Origin: Candidatus Eiseniibacteriota bacterium
GTDB lineage: Bacteria > Eisenbacteria > RBG-16-71-46 > JABDJR01
Assembly (NCBI GenBank): GCA_963783375.1
Contig: CAWANH010000029.1
Coordinates: 640,001-704,000, forward strand
Direction: 5' to 3'
Length of the DNA stretch: 64,000 nt
In this document: piece after piece, positions 28,893-38,315 of the stretch
How positions within the stretch are numbered: the stretch's first letter is position 1
Layout: every line of letters begins with the position of its first letter
Notes under the pieces: model-generated
The model's database searches: none
Told to the model about the DNA's origin: nothing
What the model saw: only the letters and a program-made list of their open reading frames with translations
Translations under genes and position numbers: made by a program

Positions 28893-30026
28893 CTATTTCC
28901 CCTCCACCTTGCGGGGATCGAGGGCGTCCCGCAACCCATCCCCCAGGAAGTTGAAGGCGAGGACGGTCAGGAAGATGAAGATTCCCGGGGTGAGAATCCA
29001 GGGGAACGAGGTGAGCACCCGGATGCTCTGGGCCTGCTGGAGCATGTTCCCCCAGGAGGCCACCGGCTCCTGGATGCCCGCCCCCAGGAAGGAGAGGGCG
29101 ACCTCCCCCAGGATGTACCCGGGCACGCTCAGGGTGGCGGCCACGATCACGAAGGAGGCGGTGTTGGGGAGGATGTGCCGGACGATGATCCGAAGCGAGG
29201 ACATGCCCAGGGCCTCGGCCGCGGTCACGTACTCGTTCTCCCTGAGGCTCAGCACCATGCCCCGGATGATACGGGCCAGGGAGGCCCAGAGCACCAGGGA
29301 GAGGATGAGAATGATGATCAGGTAGAGAACGTCGGAGCGCATGTCGGCGGGGAACGCGGCCCGAAGGGCCAGGATCAGGTAGAGGGCGGGGATGGACATC
29401 ATGATCTCGGAGAGGCGCATGAGGAGGTTGTCCACCAGCCCCCGGTAGTACCCGGCGATGCCCCCGAACAGGAGCCCCAGGGTGTAGGTGATGATTATGC
29501 CGAAGAGCCCCACCGAGAGGGAGATCCGCCCTCCGAAGAGGAGCCTCGAGAACACGTCGCGGCCGAACTGGTCGGCCCCGAAGAGGAAGACCTTCCCCGG
29601 TGGCTCCACCCCGAAGAGATGGATGTCGGTGGGGATGAACCAGAGGAGCTTGTAGGGCTCGCCGCGGACGAGGAGCTTCACCGGATAGCGCCGGGAGGTG
29701 TCGTCCTCGTAGACGATCCGGAGGCGGTCGGTGAGCCGGGTGCCGTAGACGAACGGGGCGTGCCACCCGCCCTGGGCGTCCTGCAGGTGGATTGCGGTGG
29801 GGGGGTGGAAGAACCGTTCCCGGTCCTGGGTCTCCATGGAGTAGGGAGCGACGAAGGGGGCGAACAGGGCGGTGAGGTAGAAGATGACGAGGACCACCCC
29901 TCCGGCCACCGCGAGCTGGGCCCGCCGGAAGTGCCGCCAGAACACCCGGTAAGGGCTCATCCGGAAGGGAGCGTCCGCCATGCCTTCCGTCCCGGTTCCG
30001 GAGACCCGTTCTTCCAGGGTGGCCAT
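28893..30026 (-). CDS. oppC: Peptide ABC permease OppC/DppC
   Basis: [22 protein letters not shown]; EAA loop [12 protein letters not shown]; [15 protein letters not shown]. Confidence 0.93.
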   Translation of the reverse strand: MATLEERVSGTGTEGMADAPFRMSPYRVFWRHFRRAQLAVAGGVVLVIFYLTALFAPFVAPYSMETQDRERFFHPPTAIHLQDAQGGWHAPFVYGTRLTDRLRIVYEDDTSRRYPVKLLVRGEPYKLLWFIPTDIHLFGVEPPGKVFLFGADQFGRDVFSRLLFGGRISLSVGLFGIIITYTLGLLFGGIAGYYRGLVDNLLMRLSEIMMSIPALYLILALRAAFPADMRSDVLYLIIILILSLVLWASLARIIRGMVLSLRENEYVTAAEALGMSSLRIIVRHILPNTASFVIVAATLSVPGYILGEVALSFLGAGIQEPVASWGNMLQQAQSIRVLTSFPWILTPGIFIFLTVLAFNFLGDGLRDALDPRKVEGK

Positions 30027-30027
30027 G

Positions 30028-30993
30028 TCAGACCTCGATCCGCGGGTCGACCAGGGCCAGGAGGATGTCCGCCACCAGGTTTCCCAGAATGAGCAGGGTC
30101 GAGGCCATGAGCACCGAACCCATGATGAGGTAGAGATCCCGGGCTACCAGAGCGTCGATGGTGATGCGTCCCAGGCCCGGCCAGGACATCACCACTTCCA
30201 CCAGGAACGCCCCGGACAGGAGGCTTCCCAGGGTGTAGCCGAAGAGGGTGATGAGAGGGTTGATGGCGTTTCGCACCGCGTGCTTCACGATCACCGTCCG
30301 CTCGGGGAGGCCCTTGGCCCGGGCGGTGGTCACGTAGTCGGCCCGGAGGACATCGAGGAGGTTTCCCCGCATCTGCCGCATGCGGCTGGCCAGGGGCACC
30401 GTGGCCAGCACCACCGCGGGGAGGAACAGGTGCCTCCCCACGTCCAACATCTTCCCCCACCAGGAGAACTGCTCGTAGTTGAGGCTCTTCATCCCCCCGG
30501 TGGGGAACCACCCGGTCTTGGCCGCGAGGAGGATGAACAGGAGAGCCAGGAAGACCTCGGGGACGGAGATTCCAAGGAAGGCCACGGTGGACGACAGCTT
30601 GTCCAGCCAGGAGTTCTGTTTCACCGCGGCCACGATGCCCAGGGGGACCGCGAACGCCCAGGTGAGGATCGCGGCGGCGGCGGCCAGGATGAAGGTGTTC
30701 AGGAGCGCGGTGCTCAGCACCCCGAACACCGCCTGGTGGCGGGAGAAGGATTCACCGAAGTCCAGGTGCAAAAAGATGTTCTTGAGCCAGGTCAGGTACT
30801 GGATGTACCAGGGTTGATCCAGGCCGAACCGGGCGCGCATGGAGGCGATGGTGGCCTCGCTGACCTGGGGATTGAGCTCCATGGTGGAGAGGAAGTCCCC
30901 CGGCGCGAGCTGCATCACCATGAAGGTGAGGAAGGAGATCCCCAGGAGCACGGGGATCATGTGCAGGAGCCGCTTGACGATGAGCTTGATCAC
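30028..30993 (-). CDS. oppB: Peptide ABC permease OppB/DppB
   Basis: FGLDQPWYIQY, DFGESF, DYVTTARAKGL, NLVADILLALVDPRI. Confidence 0.93.
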   Translation of the reverse strand: MIKLIVKRLLHMIPVLLGISFLTFMVMQLAPGDFLSTMELNPQVSEATIASMRARFGLDQPWYIQYLTWLKNIFLHLDFGESFSRHQAVFGVLSTALLNTFILAAAAAILTWAFAVPLGIVAAVKQNSWLDKLSSTVAFLGISVPEVFLALLFILLAAKTGWFPTGGMKSLNYEQFSWWGKMLDVGRHLFLPAVVLATVPLASRMRQMRGNLLDVLRADYVTTARAKGLPERTVIVKHAVRNAINPLITLFGYTLGSLLSGAFLVEVVMSWPGLGRITIDALVARDLYLIMGSVLMASTLLILGNLVADILLALVDPRIEV

Positions 30994-31002
30994 GTCCCCG
31001 GG

Positions 31003-32868
31003 TCAGTTCCCTGCGCGCTGGGCCGCTTCCCGGTGCGCCCGCTCGGGATCGTAGCTCACCGTCTCGCTCTGCCAGAGCACCCAGGGCCTGAGGACGGTCG
31101 GCTCGAGGCCGGTGAAGTTGTTGCGGACGGCGATGAAGCCGCGTCGGCTCACCGTGTAGATCATGGGAACCTGCTGGGAGATGATGAGCTGGACCTGGTC
31201 GAACACCGCCTTCCGGGCCGCCGGATCCATCATGGACACCTGGGCGTTCATGAGGCTGTCCACCTGGGCCTCCCAGGCCAGGTGCGGATGCTTCTGCTCG
31301 GGGTACCAGAAGTGGGTCTTCCCCGAGGACTTGAACACGTTGGAGGACATGATGGGATCGGGGGGGACGCCCCCGGTGAGGCCCAGCAGAATGGCGTCGT
31401 AGTCGAAGGAATCCCGGAGCTTGGTGATGATGGCGTTGAACTCGCTGGGGGCCATGGTGGCCTTGATGCCGATCTTGGACAGATCGTCCACCAGGATGTT
31501 CCCGGTGGCCACCCGCTCGCGGCTGTCCGCGTTGGTGTAGATCACGAAGGAGATGGGGTGTCCCCCGGCGTCCTCCCGCACCCCATCCCCGTCCCGGTCC
31601 TTCATTCCCGCCTGGTCCAGGAGACTGCGCGCCTTGTCGAGGTCGTAGGTGAATTTCTGGATGTTGGGGTTGTACCACTTCTTGTTCACCGGGGGGATGG
31701 GTCCGTAGAGGGGGTCGGCGGTGCCGTAGTACACCGTCTCGGCGATGGACTTCCGGTCCACCGCGTGGGCCACCGCCCGCCGGAAATCGACGTTCTGGAA
31801 CCAGGCCTCCTTGACCGGGTCCACGTAGGGTTTCCCGGACTTGGGATTCTTCCCGGTGTTCAGGTTGAACCAGACCATGTTCGACCCCATCTCCATTCCC
31901 AGGTCGTACACGGTGTAGTTCCCCGCCTGCTCCCCGTCCTTCATGTGGGCGTAGTCCTCGGCCCGGAAGTAGATCTCGTCCGACTCGCCGCCCTGGAACT
32001 TGAGGACCTCGGCGTTCTGGTCCGGCACCACCATGTACACCAGCTCGTCCAGATACGGAAGTCGGTGACCGGCGGGGTCGTACTCGAAGAAGTAGGGGTT
32101 CGGCTTCAGGATCACTTTCTGCTGGGGGACCAGCTCGGCCAGCCGCCACGCACCCGAGGTCACCACCTCCGAAGGGGAGGAGTTCACCCCGTAGGCGGAC
32201 TCGAAGTTCCCGGATTCGTAGGCTGATTCGAGCATGTGCCGGGGCATGACCGGCGCGCTCCCGATCACCGACAGGAACGGGCCGTAGGGCTCGGGAAGGG
32301 TTATCCGCACGGTGAAGCTGTCCACCTTCTCGAAGTGGAAGGGCTTCCCCCCCACCATGCACAGCTCCTGGGCTGAAGGGTGGATCTTGGCGTCGTAGAG
32401 GATGCGCGAGGTGAACATCACGTCGTCGGCGGTGATCGGCGCCCCGTCCGACCAGCGGGCCCCCGGGCGGAGATGGAAGGTCCACACCAGCCCGTCCTCG
32501 CTCCGGTCCCAGGAGGAGGCCAGGGCGGGTTCGGTCTCCTGGGTCTTGTTGTTGAAGGAGACGATCCCTTCGAAGAGGAGGTTGGTGATGTCGGTGGTCG
32601 AGGTCTCGTTGGCGACGATCGCGTTCCAGGTCTTGGGGTCGGAGCGCACGGTGGCCACGTAGCGCCCTCCGTAGACCCCCGAGGCGTTCTCCTTGACCAT
32701 CGCCCCCGCCGGCCGGGGAAGGGTGTCCGGACGCGCGACGCCTGCGGCGGGGGAACCGGTCCCCCGCTCATGGGCTTTCTCCTCCCCTCTCCCGCACCCG
32801 ACGGCCCCAAGGGCGGCCAGGCCGAGGAAGAGCGTCATGGCCAGGGTGAAGGGACGGGAAACGCGCAT
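31003..32868 (-). CDS. oppA: Peptide ABC substrate-binding lipoprotein (SBP family 5)
   Basis: Lipobox LGAVGC; EPALASSW...WTFHLRPGARWSDGAPITADDV; FRRAVAHAVDR. Confidence 0.9.
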   Translation of the reverse strand: MRVSRPFTLAMTLFLGLAALGAVGCGRGEEKAHERGTGSPAAGVARPDTLPRPAGAMVKENASGVYGGRYVATVRSDPKTWNAIVANETSTTDITNLLFEGIVSFNNKTQETEPALASSWDRSEDGLVWTFHLRPGARWSDGAPITADDVMFTSRILYDAKIHPSAQELCMVGGKPFHFEKVDSFTVRITLPEPYGPFLSVIGSAPVMPRHMLESAYESGNFESAYGVNSSPSEVVTSGAWRLAELVPQQKVILKPNPYFFEYDPAGHRLPYLDELVYMVVPDQNAEVLKFQGGESDEIYFRAEDYAHMKDGEQAGNYTVYDLGMEMGSNMVWFNLNTGKNPKSGKPYVDPVKEAWFQNVDFRRAVAHAVDRKSIAETVYYGTADPLYGPIPPVNKKWYNPNIQKFTYDLDKARSLLDQAGMKDRDGDGVREDAGGHPISFVIYTNADSRERVATGNILVDDLSKIGIKATMAPSEFNAIITKLRDSFDYDAILLGLTGGVPPDPIMSSNVFKSSGKTHFWYPEQKHPHLAWEAQVDSLMNAQVSMMDPAARKAVFDQVQLIISQQVPMIYTVSRRGFIAVRNNFTGLEPTVLRPWVLWQSETVSYDPERAHREAAQRAGN

Positions 32869-32936
32869 GAAGGTGTCCTCCGGACGGGGGTCTCTGGCCC
32901 TAAACACATGGAAAGAGGGGAGGTAGCCGGTGGTCG

Positions 32937-32966
32937 AGTATAGAAAGCGGCTCAGGGGGCTGTCAA
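32937..32966 (-). promoter_or_regulatory. sigma70-like promoter of the opp operon
   Basis: TTGACA-18 nt-TATACT. Confidence 0.7.
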
Positions 32967-33053
32967 CGCGACCCGACGATGCCTCGGGTCGCGGCGCCGG
33001 CCGCCGGGACCTCCGACGGCGCCCTGCCCTCCCGGGAACGGGCCCGGGCGCCA

Positions 33054-33769
33054 TCAATGGATGAGCCGGAAGCCGAGCCAGTCCGAGAACAGGAAGCGCA
33101 GGCGGTCCAGGGCCAGGGAGATGCGGGCCATGACCGTGAAACCGTAGGAGGCCCCGAAGGAGATCATCAGGTAGTAGATCCCGAGGCGAGCGGCGCCCCC
33201 CCCACCCCCCGGTGTTCGGCGGAGAAGAAGAAGTAGTACAGGGTGGTGACGAGACCCAGGATCAGCACGGTGTTGGAGAGCACGCCGAGGACCGCCATCA
33301 GGCCGGCGGTAAATCCGTGAGCGGCGGTGAGGGTACCCCAGGAGCCGGGCTGAACCAGGGGCATGAGGTTCGAGCGGATCTGCTCGATGAGGTCACCCTG
33401 GGCGAAACCGATGACCGCCAGGCCGGAGTAGGCTCCCACCATCACCCCGATCGCCCAGCGGGAGAGCCATGAGACCCGCGGCACGAAGCGGGCGAACATG
33501 AACACCCCCAGAACCAGGGCCCCGACCCGGACCAGCCCGGTGGGATCCGGGGTGCCGCCGAACAACCCCGACACCCCCCTCGAGACCGGCTGGAACAGGT
33601 TCGGAACCAGCACGTTGTCGTACTGGATGCTCAGGTAGTAGCCCGAAGCCACCCCCACGAAGAGGTACTCCGCGGTCTTGTAGATCGGGTTGTCCTTGTA
33701 CAGGTACGAGAGGATGGCCAGGGTACAGAGCGCGGCCACCCAGACCCACGGATCGCTGCTCACGTGCAC
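33054..33769 (-). CDS. Multi-TM hypothetical protein of the DUF6754 cassette, with an apparent 1-nt frameshift
   Basis: SYLYKDNPIYKTAEYLFVGVASGY... The frame stops at 33167 as assembled. One extra G in the G8 run (33196-33203) continues into ARLGIYYLMISFGASYGFTVMARISLALDRLRFLFSDWLG to TGA at 33054. Confidence 0.8.
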
Positions 33770-33781
33770 GGGATCGAGCTC

Positions 33782-34657
33782 CTACTCCGCTTCCGGGCGG
33801 CGGCGGCGGTTCAGGTAATAGACCACGTTACCCAGAATGATCAGGACGATGATGGTGACGTGGCCGAGACTCTGGGCGGACATGCCGGTGGTGGCCCAGG
33901 CCGGCCGGCCGATGAGCTGCTCGTACTCCGCGGCCCCGGCCAGCCCCCCCAGGAGTCCAGATAGCTGCCCCGACTGGACGTACGGGTAGTACTCGGGAGC
34001 GCTCACCGCGGTGACTCCGGCCACGATCGGAATGTCGTAGCGGCTTCGCACCTGCTGCACCCATTCCTTGGTCCCCGGGTAGCCGGCGGAGATGTTCACG
34101 ATCAGCTTCACGTCCCGAAAGTTGTCGACGGTCCAGCTGCCGCCGGGCTTCTTGGCGCTCAGAAGGGGCAGACGATCCACCGGGGTGCCGTAGTAGTCGT
34201 TCGGATAGACCCCTCGGAAGGATTTCCCGAGCTGGACCATCACGTTCTCCTTGCCCTCCTTGAACCCCAGGTTCACGAAGTCGGTGCCGTAGATCCGGTG
34301 GTAGGTCCCCTCCCCCACGGTCTTCAGGCCCCGCTCCAGGAGCGGCGCCCCCGCCGGCCACAGGGTGGCCCCCACGATCTTCACGTTCTTCCGGAACAGC
34401 TGGTCCAGGGAAGCCACCAGCATCGGGTCGAGCTCGGGCTTGGACCCCGGATCGTAGTCCGCGGCGAAATAGACCACGTCGCCGGGCTTCAGGTTCTCGA
34501 TGGCCTGGTAGTAGCCCCGAACCGGCTCGCTCACCCGGATGGGGAGGTTCATCTTGACGAAGAGGGGGACGGAGATGGAGATCAGCATGAGCAGGAACAC
34601 CCAGCGGCGATCCAGCTTCTCGACCTTCTCCAGGAAGGTGCGCTCGGCGGCGGCCAC
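33782..34657 (-). CDS. Hypothetical membrane protein (TM, alpha/beta domain, TM)
   Basis: DRRWVFLL...DYDPGSKPEL...YGTDFVNLGFKEG...PYVQSGQLSGLLGGLAGAAEYE...AQSLGHVTIIVLIILGN; 291 aa. Confidence 0.85.
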   Translation of the reverse strand: MAAAERTFLEKVEKLDRRWVFLLMLISISVPLFVKMNLPIRVSEPVRGYYQAIENLKPGDVVYFAADYDPGSKPELDPMLVASLDQLFRKNVKIVGATLWPAGAPLLERGLKTVGEGTYHRIYGTDFVNLGFKEGKENVMVQLGKSFRGVYPNDYYGTPVDRLPLLSAKKPGGSWTVDNFRDVKLIVNISAGYPGTKEWVQQVRSRYDIPIVAGVTAVSAPEYYPYVQSGQLSGLLGGLAGAAEYEQLIGRPAWATTGMSAQSLGHVTIIVLIILGNVVYYLNRRRRPEAE

Positions 34658-34660
34658 CGG

Positions 34661-35341
34661 CTAGTCGCTCCCCAGGAAGTTGCGCTCGATGCCCAGAATC
34701 ACCTTGAGACCGGTGGCGATCGCCCCCAGCGCCGCTCCGATCAGGATCGCCCGCTTGGCCGCGAGCTGAGGGACATTCATGATCCAGTCGGTGATCTGGG
34801 GGAGGCCGGTCCAGATCTTCTCCCCCAGGGGCACCCGCCCGATCATCACGATCACCGCGGCCAGGGCGAGGAGGGTGGCGTCCACCGTCCGCACGCGGAA
34901 GGCCCGGAAAGCGGCCGAGGCGATGTAGAAGGCCAGGAGCGCGAACATGGTGGCCTGGAGCGGGACGTACATCCGGTTGTAGACCCGGTCGAAGAGGGTG
35001 CCGTCGGTGACCCCGGTGAGGCGGAGGCTCCCGATCATCCACTCCCCCTTGGCCCCCACCGCCCACTTCAGGATGGGAAGCCCGGTGCCCAGGAGCATCA
35101 TCGCGGTCAGTCCGAACAGGAGCACCACCGCGTAGGGCCACTCCCGGTCCCGCCGGCTCACCTTGAGCAGGTTGATGCGGGCCACGTTGGCCACCCCCAG
35201 CACCGCGGCGAACGCGGTCATGATGATGGCCCAGTTCTGGATCTCCGTTCCCACCGGCTCGGTCAGCGGCACGAAGAAGTCGGCCACCATGAACCAACCC
35301 ACGATCATGGTGAGGAAGAGCGGCACTTCACGACGCAACAT
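34661..35341 (-). CDS. Hypothetical integral membrane protein
   Basis: About 6-7 TM; PLQATMFALLAFYIASAAFRAFRVR...KRAILIGAALG...LKVILGIER. Confidence 0.85.
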   Translation of the reverse strand: MLRREVPLFLTMIVGWFMVADFFVPLTEPVGTEIQNWAIIMTAFAAVLGVANVARINLLKVSRRDREWPYAVVLLFGLTAMMLLGTGLPILKWAVGAKGEWMIGSLRLTGVTDGTLFDRVYNRMYVPLQATMFALLAFYIASAAFRAFRVRTVDATLLALAAVIVMIGRVPLGEKIWTGLPQITDWIMNVPQLAAKRAILIGAALGAIATGLKVILGIERNFLGSD

Positions 35342-35344
35342 GGA

Positions 35345-36418
35345 TTAGTCCAGCCTGAGGAAGTTGGTGAGGGCGTGGATCCCGAAGGTTTCGAGGAGGG
35401 TCCCCAGAACCAGGTAAGCCAGGATCACCACCTTCATGTAGTCGGTTCCCTTGAGCGTTCCCACCAGCTTGGGCTCCCGGGCCAGGTAGGCCGTCGCCGC
35501 GTAGAACTCCTCACCGATCAGGGTGTAGTCACACGCCACCACGAAGAACGGGAGCTGGTGGATGTTGGCGGTGCCGGCGATCTGGATGGCCCCGGTCTGG
35601 AAGCCGGTCTCGGCCAGGATCAGGCTCTCCGCGAAGAAGGAGCCCAGGAAGAGGTTGGCCGCCGGCTTTTCCCGGAGCATGATCCCGTCCACCCCGGCGG
35701 TGAAGGCGAACTGCTCTTCGGAGAGATAGCGGATGTTGTTGGGATTGTAGGCGTCGGGGACCCCGGCGTCGATGTACGCCTGCTTCACGGTTTCTTCGGC
35801 CAGGGGGACCACGAAGGCGCGGGCCAGAGGCACGATCAGCGGGGTCTCGTACTTGGCCACGGTCCGGGCCACGTTCCCCAGGATGATCATCGAGTAGATG
35901 GTCTGGATGTTGTTGACGTCGTCGATCCCGGGAACGTAGAGGACCGGCTTCCCCATCTCGGTGGCGCGCCCCACCGCCTCCTCCACCGCGTCCAGGCCGG
36001 CGATCTTCCGGATGAAGAACTGCTTCCCCCCCTCCGCCCGGAAAATGGCCCACAGGAAGAGCGCGCCGAACAGGGCGAGCCCGACGAAGACGGGGAAGAA
36101 CGTGAAGTCGAAGAGCTTCTGGCCGAAGGTCTTCGGTCCGGGCTCCGAGGCCTCGGCGCCTTCACCCCCCGGAACGGAGAGCGGAGGGGGCGCGGTTCCG
36201 AGGACGAGGGTGTCGGTCGCGCCTCCCGCGGCGGGCCCGGCGCCGGCCGAAGCCCCCGCGCTGTCCCCCGGAGCGGGTTCCGCCCGGACCCCGGCGGCCA
36301 TGACCAGAAGCGCCAGCCCCAGGACCGTGGTCCGGAGGACATTGGACAACCTGGATGTGGCGCGGCCTCCCGCCGGCGCCGGGCGCAGGCGGAGGTTGGG
36401 TACCGGAGCGGTCCACAT
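35345..36418 (-). CDS. DUF6754-like membrane protein
   Basis: FIRKIAGLDAVEEAVGRATEMGKP...QLPFFVVACDYTLIGEEFYAATAYL recalled as DUF6754, not searched; signal-like N-terminus with a low-complexity linker. Confidence 0.75.
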   Translation of the reverse strand: MWTAPVPNLRLRPAPAGGRATSRLSNVLRTTVLGLALLVMAAGVRAEPAPGDSAGASAGAGPAAGGATDTLVLGTAPPPLSVPGGEGAEASEPGPKTFGQKLFDFTFFPVFVGLALFGALFLWAIFRAEGGKQFFIRKIAGLDAVEEAVGRATEMGKPVLYVPGIDDVNNIQTIYSMIILGNVARTVAKYETPLIVPLARAFVVPLAEETVKQAYIDAGVPDAYNPNNIRYLSEEQFAFTAGVDGIMLREKPAANLFLGSFFAESLILAETGFQTGAIQIAGTANIHQLPFFVVACDYTLIGEEFYAATAYLAREPKLVGTLKGTDYMKVVILAYLVLGTLLETFGIHALTNFLRLD

Positions 36419-36460
36419 GGGGATAGACGGTTCCTTGTAAGTGTCGGAAAAGATTTCAGA

Positions 36461-36489
36461 ACGCTACCAGAGGCCCCCACCGCGGTCAA
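36461..36489 (-). promoter_or_regulatory. sigma70-like promoter of the four-gene membrane cassette
   Basis: TTGACC-17 nt-TAGCGT with a TGn extension. Confidence 0.5.
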
Positions 36490-36535
36490 TGAAGAAACCG
36501 GACAACGAAGGTCGGATTAAACAATCGGCAGGTTG

Positions 36536-37810
36536 TCAGACCGCCGGCTCGCGGCGGGTGCGCCAGCGGGAGACCGTCCCCCGCCGGGGCGGGACGGCCA
36601 GGCCCATGGGGGTGGCGATCACCGTCACCACCGCCATCAGCAGCCAGTAGACGATGGGGTAGAACACCGCCACGTAGAAGTAGTGGGAGAGGGTGCGGTC
36701 GTAACGCCGCTCCAGGAGCACCCCGGCCAGGAGCTGAAGCAGGCAGGTGGTGCCGATCAGCATTCCCCACCAGGTGGGAATCGGGGAGACCCCCAGAACG
36801 GGAAGCCCGGCCGCGCGGAAGAGGATCCAGAGCGCGATGAGCCCCACCATGACGTAGGCCCAGGTGATGGACAGGACGGCCTCGATCAGGACCGGCCAGT
36901 GCCGCCGGTGGCGGCGATCGAACAGGAGATCGCGGTTCCGATGAAGCACCTGGGCCAGGCCCTTGGCCCAGCGGATGCGCTGGCGGAAGAGGCCCCCCAG
37001 CCCGGACGGCACCTGCATCCAGACCAGGGCCCGCGGCTCGTAGCGCACGTCGTAGTGGGCGCGCTGGAGCTTCCAGGTCATGTCGATATCCTCGGTGACC
37101 ATCTCGGGGCTCATGAGCCCCACGTCGATCAGGGCGGACCGGCGAAACGCCCCCACCACCCCGCTCATGGTGAGGATCCGTCCCCAGACCCGCTGGGACC
37201 GGCGAAGGAGGCTCACGATCGATGCGAACTCGATGAGCTGGAGCTTGGCCAGGAAGCTGTGCCGGTTGGCCACCCGGGGGTTTCCGGTCACCGCCGCCAC
37301 CCTCGGGGAGCGGAAGTGGGGCACGATCCAGCGCAGCATCATGGGGTCGGGATAGGCGTCGGCGTCCATGATCATCACGATCTCGCCGTTCACCAGGGGA
37401 AGGGCGTCGTTCAGGGCCATGGCCTTCCCCTCGTTGACGCGCTTTCGCACCAGGCGCACCTGCCCCCGCTCCACGTAGGGGGCCAACGCGGCCACCGTCC
37501 CGTCCGGCGAGGCGTCGTCCACCACCACGATTTCCTTGAACGGGTAGTCCAGGGCCAGGATCCCCTCCACGGTGCGGGCGATCACCCGCTCCTCGCCGTA
37601 GGCGGGCACCAGCACCGTCACCAGGGGATAGATCTCGATGTCGTAGAACCTGGGAAGGAGATGGCGTTCCCACCGCCAGTAGTAGAGGAGGGAGGTGGAA
37701 ACCCACACCAGGCTGGAGAGCACCGGATAGAACGCGAAGAAGGTCAGGGCCGCCAGGTACGGCCAGGATCCCTGTACGGCGGCGGCGGCCTCGGCCGGGC
37801 TCACGTTCAA
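36536..37810 (-). CDS. pgaC: GT2 processive glycosyltransferase, PNAG synthase PgaC/IcaA-like
   Basis: VVDDASPD, GKAMALN, MDAD, AVTGNPRV, MVTEDID, QRIRWAKG (D,D,D,QxxRW) and C-terminal TMs. Confidence 0.82.
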   Translation of the reverse strand: MNVSPAEAAAAVQGSWPYLAALTFFAFYPVLSSLVWVSTSLLYYWRWERHLLPRFYDIEIYPLVTVLVPAYGEERVIARTVEGILALDYPFKEIVVVDDASPDGTVAALAPYVERGQVRLVRKRVNEGKAMALNDALPLVNGEIVMIMDADAYPDPMMLRWIVPHFRSPRVAAVTGNPRVANRHSFLAKLQLIEFASIVSLLRRSQRVWGRILTMSGVVGAFRRSALIDVGLMSPEMVTEDIDMTWKLQRAHYDVRYEPRALVWMQVPSGLGGLFRQRIRWAKGLAQVLHRNRDLLFDRRHRRHWPVLIEAVLSITWAYVMVGLIALWILFRAAGLPVLGVSPIPTWWGMLIGTTCLLQLLAGVLLERRYDRTLSHYFYVAVFYPIVYWLLMAVVTVIATPMGLAVPPRRGTVSRWRTRREPAV

Positions 37811-38232
37811 AACGCCCGGTAGATCTTCCGCCCCGAGGCGGGATCGAGGTCGATCTCCACTTCCGGGGCGTTCTGAAGGGCTTCCCAGTCGGGGCCGGCC
37901 ACCGGACGGCCGAGGGCGTCCCGGCTCCAGTCCGCCTCCGCCTCCGGCACCGATCTCCTCCGAAACGCGTACCGCCGGGAGAGAACCAGGTTGTGCCGGA
38001 TCCAGGCCGCAGTGAGGCTCACCGACACCAGAAGCAGGACGACGACCACCAGAACCCCGGCCGCGCTCTCGGCCGGCGGGGTGCGGCAGAACACCTCGTA
38101 CCAGAAGACCCCGAACGCCACCCAGGCGGCCAGAGCCCCCAGAAGGTGCATGGCCGCGCCCAACCTCCCCGTGTGGGTCAGGGGGGGGCGATAGCGCGGG
38201 TCATGTCCGCTGGTGGGGCTCACCGAGGCCAC
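37807..38232 (-). CDS. Two-TM protein, PgaD-like accessory subunit
   Basis: 141 aa with two TMs followed by WIRHNL...RYAFRRR; 4-nt overlap with pgaC. Confidence 0.55.
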   Translation of the reverse strand: MASVSPTSGHDPRYRPPLTHTGRLGAAMHLLGALAAWVAFGVFWYEVFCRTPPAESAAGVLVVVVLLLVSVSLTAAWIRHNLVLSRRYAFRRRSVPEAEADWSRDALGRPVAGPDWEALQNAPEVEIDLDPASGRKIYRAF

Positions 38233-38280
38233 GTCTCCCGGGTTGGATCCTCCGAGGGCGAAGCTCGCCCTCTTCGGGGT

Positions 38281-38307
38281 TTATCGGCCGGCGGCGACCC
38301 GGGTTGA
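38281..38307 (-). promoter_or_regulatory. sigma28 (FliA/WhiG)-like promoter
   Basis: TCAA-15 nt-GCCGATAA, with a perfect -10 element. Confidence 0.55.
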
Positions 38308-38315
38308 AGGAAGGG

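Noticed and set aside
26414-29766. 841-aa and 647-aa ORFs as giant ATPase fusions
   Set aside because: The upstream parts are off-frame overlaps of oppD and oppC. Supported starts are 27823 and 28848.
26353-38258. Shared 14-mer GGATCCTCCGAGGG at 26353 and 38245
   Set aside because: A GC-rich 14-mer pair is expected by chance in 64 kb of this composition, and the flanks do not align.
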